A stretch of DNA of 52,955 nucleotides, taken from positions 1 to 52,955 of the IMG/VR virus record IMGVR_UViG_3300050166_000081, one strand, 5' to 3'. The translations under genes and the position numbers were made by a program. This document shows, piece after piece, positions 18,561 to 25,549 of the stretch (position 1 is its first letter; every line of letters begins with the position of its first letter). The notes below the pieces were generated by a model. It was given only the letters and a program-made list of their open reading frames with translations. It did not search any database and was not told the origin of the DNA. The DNA comes from a virus. Lineage: Duplodnaviria; Caudoviricetes.

Positions 18561-18770
18561 ATGGAATACAAAGTAAAATTACAACCGCCTCTAATGCCTG
18601 ATTACATAAGTACTGAAACAAATCCAAGAAAGAGAGGTAGAGGATTTCAAGACAGTAAAATAAGCGTTTGCGAATTAACAAAAGAACAAGCCGAAGAATT
18701 TGGCGAGTTAATGAAACAAGCATTTATTAAGCACCATAAGGAACGTGTCGCAATGGATAAAAACATTTAA
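18561..18770 (+). CDS. Hypothetical protein
   Basis: In-operon ORF. Confidence 0.6.
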   Translation: MEYKVKLQPPLMPDYISTETNPRKRGRGFQDSKISVCELTKEQAEEFGELMKQAFIKHHKERVAMDKNI

Positions 18771-18783
18771 AAAGAAATAAGAT

Positions 18784-19023
18784 ATGATTTTAGAATTAAG
18801 AATTTTCGCTTTTTGGCTATGCTTACTTTCATTTTTTTATGTAGTGGCAAGATTAGACCACCATTTTAGCCAAACCAATGTTTACTTTAAGTTTTATGAT
18901 AGTATGATTCATACTGTATATTATACTATTAAAATATTTGGGTTTATCATATTAGGCTTTTGGATTTTCATTCAATTTACCAACTATTTTTTTAAAGGAG
19001 AATTTATATTTATAAATAGTTAA
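18784..19023 (+). CDS. Small two-TM membrane protein
   Basis: Two hydrophobic segments. Confidence 0.55.
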   Translation: MILELRIFAFWLCLLSFFYVVARLDHHFSQTNVYFKFYDSMIHTVYYTIKIFGFIILGFWIFIQFTNYFFKGEFIFINS

Positions 19024-19036
19024 AGACAAAGTAATT

Positions 19037-19324
19037 ATGAAACTATTTTTATTAACACAAAATGTAGTAGACGGATACGATACTTATGATTCTGTAATTG
19101 TTTCTGCTGAAAATGAAACAGACGCAAGAAATATACACCCATCTACTTTTGTTACCCATGTTACTAATGGCCAATGGCATGGTACTTGTTCAAAAGGCGT
19201 AGAATACGAGACTGAGTCTTATGATTGGGTTGAATATTCACAAACTCATCGTATAAACGTTGAATACTTAGGAGAAACAGAAAAAGATAGAGGGGTTATT
19301 TTAGCTTCTTTTAATGCTGGATAA
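19037..19324 (+). CDS. Hypothetical phage protein
   Basis: GYDTYDS.IV.A.NE..AR.IHP...GVILASFNAG motif. Confidence 0.75.
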   Translation: MKLFLLTQNVVDGYDTYDSVIVSAENETDARNIHPSTFVTHVTNGQWHGTCSKGVEYETESYDWVEYSQTHRINVEYLGETEKDRGVILASFNAG

Positions 19325-19348
19325 TAGTAATTTAAAAAGACAAATAAG

Positions 19349-19462
19349 ATGAAAAAATATAGATTTAGGGAACGTGTTATTACTATTATAATATGCATAT
19401 TATTACTATTACAAATGTCAAACATAATAATCGGTATTAATAAATTACTAATTAATAAATAG
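19349..19462 (+). CDS. 37-aa single-TM peptide (not in ORF track)
   Basis: MKKYRFRERVITIIICILLLLQMSNIIIGINKLLINK fills the gap and abuts the next ATG. Confidence 0.5.
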   Translation: MKKYRFRERVITIIICILLLLQMSNIIIGINKLLINK

Positions 19463-19876
19463 ATGAAAAAACTAATATCAATGACCGACTTTGTGTTGGA
19501 TTTAGAAAAATCAGATGAATATAAAAATTGGGGAACCGAATCAGATGAATGGTTTAATAGATGTACATATTATGCAAACTTCTTAAAACAACCTCTTGAA
19601 ATAGGAATGTTTGTTCCAGTAGATGAAGACGGAAATATTTTGGACGAACCACATAATTTTGGATTGTTGCATACCTATCCAACAGGCAATAAATTAATGG
19701 ACTTAACTTTTGAACTAGCTTTGAAATACCAAAAAGCTAAGGAAAAAGTTTTGCTTATAGGAATTAAGATAGACGCTGTAAAATACCATGTTTCAATGGG
19801 AAGAAATGTTGAATACTTTGCGTCTTTTAGTGGATTAGAACTAACCGAATCAGCAATCAAACAATTAGGACTATGA
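19463..19876 (+). CDS. Hypothetical protein
   Basis: LISMTDFVL...YANFLKQPL.IGMFVP.DEDGN.L.EP. Confidence 0.7.
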   Translation: MKKLISMTDFVLDLEKSDEYKNWGTESDEWFNRCTYYANFLKQPLEIGMFVPVDEDGNILDEPHNFGLLHTYPTGNKLMDLTFELALKYQKAKEKVLLIGIKIDAVKYHVSMGRNVEYFASFSGLELTESAIKQLGL

Positions 19877-20247
19877 AAGCACAAGAATTAAGAATTAGAA
19901 ATTTAGTTGAATGCTTCGAAACAAGAGAAGTAGTTGCTATTAAAAAGAATAAAATAAAAGTACAACACGAATCAAAAAAAGGGCATTTTATTATTGAATG
20001 GGTTCCTATCGATTCATTATCACTAAAACCAATCCCAATAACGGAAGAATGGTTATTGAAGTTTGGATTTGAATCTAACCCGTATCAAGATAGATACGAA
20101 AAAAGAGATATACATATTGAATGTATCAAAACAAGCGGAACAACTAAATTATGGATTGAAAAAATGGCACACATTAAATACTTCCACCAACTTCAAAACC
20201 TTTACTTCGCATTAAGTGGAGAGGAATTAACTATTAAAGAAAATTAA
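19873..20247 (+). CDS. Hypothetical phage protein
   Basis: KPIPITEEWLLKFGF...IKYFHQLQNLYFAL.GEEL motif. Confidence 0.75.
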   Translation: MKAQELRIRNLVECFETREVVAIKKNKIKVQHESKKGHFIIEWVPIDSLSLKPIPITEEWLLKFGFESNPYQDRYEKRDIHIECIKTSGTTKLWIEKMAHIKYFHQLQNLYFALSGEELTIKEN

Positions 20248-20276
20248 TATATTTACATCAACCTAAATTTTAAACC

Positions 20277-20492
20277 ATGAAAAAATTCATTGCCCTTGGA
20301 ATGTTGCTTGTTTTAGCATCATGTTCAAAAGATTCGCCTAATTGTGATGCAGAAAAAGCATCAATAACTAAAGATTATGAAGCAAAAATGGACTATGTAC
20401 GCAATAATCCTGGACCAACAGGAATTGATTACAGGCAAATAACATTACTTCAAACAGAAATGTCAAAAAAGATAGCCGCCGCTTGTAATTAG
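20277..20492 (+). CDS. Small lipoprotein (moron)
   Basis: MKKFIALGMLLVLAS-C lipobox; followed by a terminator. Confidence 0.75.
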   Translation: MKKFIALGMLLVLASCSKDSPNCDAEKASITKDYEAKMDYVRNNPGPTGIDYRQITLLQTEMSKKIAAACN

Positions 20493-20517
20493 TTAAATAT
20501 CTAAAAATCAAATAAAT

Positions 20518-20545
20518 AGCCACTCATAATCGGGTGGCTTTTTTT
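20518..20545 (+). terminator. Rho-independent terminator ending the early region
   Basis: AGCCACTC/GGGTGGCT stem plus T7. Confidence 0.85.
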
Positions 20546-20564
20546 ATGCCTTGTTTTAAATAAG

Positions 20565-20604
20565 AACATATTTTGTTTAAAATAAAACAAATTTTGTTAC
20601 TTTG
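20565..20604 (+). promoter_or_regulatory. Late-type promoter with two AACAWATTTTGTT boxes
   Basis: Boxes at 20565-77 and 20586-98 (21-bp period), followed by a -7-like TACTTTG. Confidence 0.7.
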
Positions 20605-20640
20605 TTGCATCTTATTTCCAAAAGAAACAAAAAACATACT

Positions 20641-22110
20641 ATGTCAGAGCAACTTATCACATCAAGGGTATTAAAAACGGTTCCAATAAAATGGGAAGAA
20701 TTACAATTTGTACAGCAAGAAAACTTCAAGGAGTGGAATAATAACGGCGATAAAAAGCTATTGGATTCAATACTAAAATATCAGTTTGTTGATCCATTTA
20801 AGGTTTGGGAAAGCGAAGGCAAGTTATATTGTTTAGATGGTCGCCACCGGTTCTTAGATTTACAGAAAGCAAAAGAAAGTGGCGTTGATGTTCCTGTTAT
20901 GCTTCCAGCTACTTTTATTGATTGTAGCAATATCAAAGAAGCTGCCGAATTGGTTTTGGTGTATTCATCTGCCTATGCAAAAATAACCCAACAAGGATTA
21001 CTTGATTTTGTACAAAATTTTGATTTGGATTTTCCAGAGATGCAATCGATGTTAAATATTCCTGAATTTGATGAAATTGCATTCCAGGGAATGTTGAATA
21101 ATTCAGGAAGCAATACTGAAAAAATAATTCCATCATCATTAAAAGATAGCTTTATTTTTCCTCCATTTTCTATTTTAGATACACGTTCAGGAGTTTGGCA
21201 AGAACGTAAGCGTAAGTGGGTAGAGCTTGGTTTTAATTCGCAAGAAACACGCGAAGATGTAGAATTGATTGCTAAAAGCGGTCAGTCAACAGGCATTTAT
21301 GAATTACGTAATAAAATGCGCGAATCATTACAGAGAGAGCCTAGCTGGGATGAAATTATAGATTATGCCAAACAAAAAGGAATGCACGTTTATGAAGGTG
21401 CGAGTATCTTCGATCCTGTTCTATGTGAATTGTCCTATCGTTGGTTTTGTACAGACGGAGGAAGAATACTAGACCCATTTGCTGGTGGGTCCGTTCGTGG
21501 TATTGTTGCTGGTGTACTTGGGTATCAATATGCTGGAATTGATTTGCGTTTGGATCAAGTGGAAGCGAACAGAAAACAAGCTTCTATTTTGGATGTTAAA
21601 AACGTAGATTGGTTTGATGGTGATAGCAATGAAGTGCTCGATGAGGTAGAATTCAAAGACTTCGACTTCGTTTATTCTTGCCCACCGTATGCTGACCTTG
21701 AAAAGTATAGTGACGACCCGAAAGACTTATCTAATATGGATTATGCCGATTTCAAAGAAGTTTACTTTTCAATCATTAAAAAATCAGTTGCTCAACTAAG
21801 ATACGACCGTTTTGCGTGTTTCGTTGTTGGTGATGTGCGCGATAAAAAAGGTTTCTATTACAATTTCGTGAGCGATACTATTCAGGCATTTAAAGATGCT
21901 GGAATGGAGTTATATAATGAAATAATTTTGGTTAACGTTGTCGGTTCCTTAGCGGTTCGTGTAAGGCGCCAATTCAATGGAGGTCGTAAGGTTGGTAAAA
22001 TGCATCAAAACGTTTTAGTTTTCTACAAAGGAGACCCAAAAAAGATAAAAGAAAACTTCCCAGAATTAAACATTGGAGATGATTTTGAAAATATAAATCA
22101 AGAAATATAG
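20641..22110 (+). CDS. ParB-like N-domain fused to an amino (N6-A/N4-C) DNA methyltransferase
   Basis: LDGRHR ParB-like motif; DPFAGGS motif I; CPPY motif IV; ATG 20641 preferred because the TTG start lies in the promoter. Confidence 0.85.
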   Translation: MSEQLITSRVLKTVPIKWEELQFVQQENFKEWNNNGDKKLLDSILKYQFVDPFKVWESEGKLYCLDGRHRFLDLQKAKESGVDVPVMLPATFIDCSNIKEAAELVLVYSSAYAKITQQGLLDFVQNFDLDFPEMQSMLNIPEFDEIAFQGMLNNSGSNTEKIIPSSLKDSFIFPPFSILDTRSGVWQERKRKWVELGFNSQETREDVELIAKSGQSTGIYELRNKMRESLQREPSWDEIIDYAKQKGMHVYEGASIFDPVLCELSYRWFCTDGGRILDPFAGGSVRGIVAGVLGYQYAGIDLRLDQVEANRKQASILDVKNVDWFDGDSNEVLDEVEFKDFDFVYSCPPYADLEKYSDDPKDLSNMDYADFKEVYFSIIKKSVAQLRYDRFACFVVGDVRDKKGFYYNFVSDTIQAFKDAGMELYNEIILVNVVGSLAVRVRRQFNGGRKVGKMHQNVLVFYKGDPKKIKENFPELNIGDDFENINQEI

Positions 22111-22161
22111 TGTTTAAAGTTTTGCTTACTTTTACTGCCATTAAGCAAAACTAAATTAAAG

Positions 22162-22398
22162 ATGGCAGAAACTAATTATCAAATACTTATTGAGATGAGA
22201 AATTCTATTATCGAATATTTAGAAGCAGAAAAAGAAATAAACGAAAAGGCATTAACTGCTTATGATCCAAAACCAATTCAGGATCAAGACGCAGAAATTA
22301 GAATAATGCGCGAGAAAGAGGCAATAAAACTCCGAGATAGGATAACTGAACTGTCCCGTCACATTTCGGTTATTAAACGAATGTTTCCCAATAATTAA
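22162..22398 (+). CDS. Small coiled-coil protein
   Basis: 78-aa helical ORF. Confidence 0.6.
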   Translation: MAETNYQILIEMRNSIIEYLEAEKEINEKALTAYDPKPIQDQDAEIRIMREKEAIKLRDRITELSRHISVIKRMFPNN

Positions 22399-22403
22399 TT
22401 AGC

Positions 22404-22856
22404 ATGGCAGGTATAAATAGAGCTTCAAAGCTGGAAACAGAAAAGCGTGTTTTTACTATTCAGGGCTGGATAATTAATGGGATTCAAGACTATTTAATCT
22501 TAAAAAATATTGAGCAGGAGTGGGGTGTTTGTAGACGCCAAAGTAAAAACTTACTTCAAAAGGCTTATAAAATTTGGCACGAGGACCAGGAAGCAACAAT
22601 AGAACAAAAAAGAGCTCTTCGCATAGCTGAATTAAAGCAAAACATTAGATCGATGAAAGAGCAGTATCGAGGTACTCCTCAAGGAATGACTGCTATAAAT
22701 CAAATTCAAAAGGAAATCAATAAACTAGAAGGCATTTATCCATCACGAAAGATTGTTCTCCAAGGAGATGAAGATAAGCCTTTAGTGATTAATAATTCTG
22801 CTGATAGAGAGTTAAGAATTAAGCAGTTGATTGAAAAGGCAACAAAAATAGGGTAA
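22404..22856 (+). CDS. terS: Terminase small subunit (putative)
   Basis: HTH-like N-terminus, INKLEG.Y and LQGDEDKPL tail; upstream of TerL. Confidence 0.75.
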   Translation: MAGINRASKLETEKRVFTIQGWIINGIQDYLILKNIEQEWGVCRRQSKNLLQKAYKIWHEDQEATIEQKRALRIAELKQNIRSMKEQYRGTPQGMTAINQIQKEINKLEGIYPSRKIVLQGDEDKPLVINNSADRELRIKQLIEKATKIG

Positions 22857-22877
22857 CTATTTTTTTGAATATTTAAG

Positions 22878-22918
22878 AACATATTTTGTTATGTATTAAA
22901 CATATTTTGTTACTTTTG
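22878..22918 (+). promoter_or_regulatory. Promoter of the RNA cluster with two AACATATTTTGTT boxes
   Basis: Boxes at 22878-90 and 22899-911; -7 TACTTTTG at 22911-18, 11 nt before tRNA-Met. Confidence 0.75.
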
Positions 22919-22929
22919 AAAAATCAAAT

Positions 22930-23002
22930 CGCGAGATAGAGCAGAGGCTAGCTCGTCGGGCTCATAACTCGAAGGTCGTGGGTTCGAATCCTACTCTCGC
23001 TA
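22930..23002 (+). tRNA. tRNA-Met(CAT), initiator type
   Basis: Full cloverleaf; C1:U72 mismatch; TCGGG-CTCATAA-CTCGA anticodon arm; TTCGAAT T-loop; no encoded CCA. Confidence 0.92.
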
Positions 23003-23116
23003 CTAAGTTGATTGGGGTCAACTTTAAACATAGTCACGTTCTTACAACAATTCATTCAAAGGATTTGGGATATTTTTTTACTTCGGGTTTTTATTATGTT
23101 TTCCGAAGTTTTTTAA

Positions 23117-23263
23117 GGCTAAGTGGCGGAATTGGTAGACGTAAAGGGTGGCATTTATGTCTAAAATTTATTCTTATTTACCAAAATAGAATAAACTAAA
23201 ACACTCTTCTAGATTGGTATATTCTAGTACTAAGATTTATAGGTTCGAATCCTATCTTAGCCA
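23117..23263 (+). ncRNA. 147-nt tRNA-like RNA: Leu-type scaffold with a structured insert replacing the anticodon loop
   Basis: Acceptor GGCTAAG/CTTAGCC+A; D-arm GCGGAATTGGTAGACGT; stem AAGGGTG/CACTCTT enclosing 51 nt; CTAGA/TCTAG variable arm; ATAGG-TTCGAAT-CCTAT T-arm. Confidence 0.8.
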
Positions 23264-23268
23264 CGAAT

Positions 23269-23386
23269 GCAGTTCGATTCTGCTCGCTTATTGAGAATTG
23301 GTATTTAAATGAGGTTCAATTCCTCCTCGCAAGTCGAGATTAGTAGCCCGTGGTATGGGTCAATATGACAGCTTGGAAAGACAAGC
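23269..23386 (+). ncRNA. Element with T-loop and D-loop mimic hairpins
   Basis: GCAG-TTCGATT-CTGC; TTGAG-AATTGGTA-TTTAA; GAGG-TTCAATT-CCTC; GCCCG-TGGTA-TGGGT; GCTTG-GAAAGA-CAAGC. Confidence 0.55.
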
Positions 23387-23391
23387 AAAAT

Positions 23392-23474
23392 TGAAGTGAT
23401 GGTAAATGTGGTTAAATCAGCAGACTGTAAATCTGTCGCTTTCAGCTTTGGGGGTTCGATTCCCTCCACTTCAA
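23392..23474 (+). tRNA. tRNA-Tyr(GTA), atypical
   Basis: TGAAGTG/CACTTCA acceptor; GCAGA-CTGTAAA-TCTGT anticodon arm; long variable arm; GGGGG-TTCGATT-CCCTC; U1:A72 and A8 are non-canonical. Confidence 0.85.
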
Positions 23475-23478
23475 CAAC

Positions 23479-23670
23479 AAAAGTAATTTATGCCGATAAG
23501 TCGGAACATCGAACTTTCTGGTCTTGTAGAATGGGTCATTAAATCATTCGGTGATGTGCGGATTGTAAGTTTGGCGCATAGACAATTTGGATCGTATGGC
23601 GTTAGGATTGAAAGCTTTAACATTTTCTGCTAATTCAATCCTTATAAAAAACCAGATGTAAATTACTTTT
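23479..23670 (+). ncRNA. Candidate ~190-nt multibranched structured RNA
   Basis: 12-bp terminal stem AAAAGTAATTTA/TAAATTACTTTT; internal TCTGGT/ACCAGA, CCGA/TCGG, GAATG/CATTC, TGTGCG/CGCATA, AGGATTGAA/TTCAATCCT; no ORF in the track. Confidence 0.6.
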
Positions 23671-23684
23671 TTTAATCTAAAATC

Positions 23685-23834
23685 ATGATTGAAATATCAA
23701 ACGGAAAAATTTTTATTGATGGTATAGAAACAACCAATCCAGAATTAATCGGTTTGGCTTTACTTGATTTTGCAGAGGAACAGGCAGAAGATGATTCTAA
23801 GATAATTCTAATTGATGGCGAAATTGAAAACTAA
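23685..23834 (+). CDS. 49-aa acidic protein (not in ORF track)
   Basis: MIEISNGKIFIDGIETTNPELIGLALLDFAEEQAEDDSKIILIDGEIEN; AT-rich initiation region; 6 nt before the next ATG. Confidence 0.6.
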   Translation: MIEISNGKIFIDGIETTNPELIGLALLDFAEEQAEDDSKIILIDGEIEN

Positions 23835-23840
23835 AATTAT

Positions 23841-24092
23841 ATGCTAAAAAAACTCAAAACAGTTTCGCTAAAAAGACTAATTCTTTTGACTGAAAAAAGA
23901 AGAAAGCAGCGTCTAATTAATTCCTATATAGAAACTCACAATCTTAATGATTTAGAGGAGCAAAGGCACATCATATCTCAATATAATTTAATGCATGAAA
24001 GCAAAAGGTATTTTTGTAGAAAGTACCGAGAGGAGTTGCAGGAAAAAGTAAGTTTCATGATAAGACATGAAATAATTAAGGTTAAAGTATAA
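23841..24092 (+). CDS. Basic hypothetical protein
   Basis: Abuts the TerL start. Confidence 0.6.
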   Translation: MLKKLKTVSLKRLILLTEKRRKQRLINSYIETHNLNDLEEQRHIISQYNLMHESKRYFCRKYREELQEKVSFMIRHEIIKVKV

Positions 24093-25541
24093 ATGCTAAC
24101 TGACAAAGAAATATTAGAACTTGAAACCCTTTTGAAAGAAAGGGAAATTGATATTTCACGCAGTAGGCTGACCAACTTTGACGAAAATACTAATCCAAAC
24201 TACGAATTCCTTCATTCGGCAATTCTTCAACAAAACTACAACGAGCGAGGAGAATTGATTAGCGGTTTCCGTGGATGTGCACTAGAAGGTTCCTCTCGTT
24301 CTGGAAAAACTTGGTCCGGTGTAGATTTAATAGTTTGGCTTTGCTTATATGTTGAAGAAAGCTGCACTATAAATATTTACAGACAAACTTATAACGAGTT
24401 TAAGACTACTCTTTATGATGATTTCAAAAGAAGGCTAGATGATTACGGACTTCCAAATCCATTTCACAATGCCAAAGAGGTTAAGAGTTTTAGAATTGGT
24501 AAAAGCACTATTTATTTTCTTGGAGATGGAAAGCATGGTGGAGGATGTGATTATGCTTTTTTCAATGAAATTATGTTTATCAATCAATCTGTTTTTGACC
24601 AGACAGAAATGCGTTGTAGAAAGTTTTGGTGGGCTGATTATAACCCGAGCGTTACCGAGCATTGGTTTTTTGATAAAGTTCTTACAAGGCCTGATGTTGG
24701 ATTTTTACGCACAACTTACCTTGATAACAAATTCGTATCTGTTCAGGAACGCAACAAAATATTATCATACGATCCTTGGAAACCAAACTCTTATATCGTC
24801 AAAAATAATGTTGTTTGTTGTTACAATCCATTAACTAAAAAAGTAGAACCGGTTTCAAAAACAAATCAACCGCCACCACACCCTACAAATATTCAAAACG
24901 GTACAGCAGATGAGTTTATGCATAAGGTTTATGCTCTAGGATTACGTGGTGCAATGAAAGGAATTATTTTCCCTTTTGTAGAATATATTGATAAATTCCC
25001 AGACCATGTAGCCCACATACATGCCAATGACTTTGGATTTACTACAGATCCAAATGCTTTAGTAAAATACGCTGAAGATGAATATAATATATGGGTTGAG
25101 CTTTTATGTTATGAACCTATTGAAACTCCAGATGAGCTTTCCAATTTATTAGAAGCCTTAAACATTGAGAAATCATTGCCTTTGCCTTGTGATAGTTCAG
25201 ATAAGTATACGGGTGAAAATAAGGGAACCGTTGAAATGGTCAAAGGACTTAAAAGCAAAGGATGGAAAGCTTTTAAAATCAGTAAAAATAAAAGTGTAAT
25301 GTATTGGCTTGGTTCGATGAAGCAAAAGAAAATACACATTGTTAAAAATCATTTGTATTCCCATGCTAAAAAGGAGCAAGAAAATTATAGAATGAAAGAA
25401 ATTAATGGAATTGCAATAAACCAGCCAATTGATAAATTTAATCACTTCTGGGACGCAACTCGTTATGGTCACATGGCATATAACAATAAGTCTAGAACTT
25501 ACGAAATGAGCGAAGAAGAAAGTAAAAATATAACCTATTAA
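24093..25541 (+). CDS. terL: Terminase large subunit (PBSX/SPP1-like)
   Basis: Walker A GSSRSGKT, Walker B FFNE, DYNP coupling motif, DFGFTTDP and DKFNHFWDATRY nuclease motifs. Confidence 0.93.
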   Translation: MLTDKEILELETLLKEREIDISRSRLTNFDENTNPNYEFLHSAILQQNYNERGELISGFRGCALEGSSRSGKTWSGVDLIVWLCLYVEESCTINIYRQTYNEFKTTLYDDFKRRLDDYGLPNPFHNAKEVKSFRIGKSTIYFLGDGKHGGGCDYAFFNEIMFINQSVFDQTEMRCRKFWWADYNPSVTEHWFFDKVLTRPDVGFLRTTYLDNKFVSVQERNKILSYDPWKPNSYIVKNNVVCCYNPLTKKVEPVSKTNQPPPHPTNIQNGTADEFMHKVYALGLRGAMKGIIFPFVEYIDKFPDHVAHIHANDFGFTTDPNALVKYAEDEYNIWVELLCYEPIETPDELSNLLEALNIEKSLPLPCDSSDKYTGENKGTVEMVKGLKSKGWKAFKISKNKSVMYWLGSMKQKKIHIVKNHLYSHAKKEQENYRMKEINGIAINQPIDKFNHFWDATRYGHMAYNNKSRTYEMSEEESKNITY

Positions 25542-25549
25542 AAAGAATT

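Noticed and set aside
23159-23166. TCTAAA as an amber-suppressor anticodon loop, implying recoding
   Set aside because: No stem closes a 7-nt loop there, and TAG serves as a normal stop in several genes with no fragmented ORFs
22978-23199. 73-aa ORF in the track
   Set aside because: Starts inside tRNA-Met and runs through the tRNA-like RNA; the translation simply reads tRNA motifs
23318-23340. TCCTCGC resembling an HDV/theta ribozyme L3 next to tRNAs
   Set aside because: Flanks do not form P3 or P1, and CCTC is already paired in a T-arm
23490-23516. CCGATAAG...GAAC as a hammerhead core
   Set aside because: Departs from CUGAUGA/GAAA at essential positions
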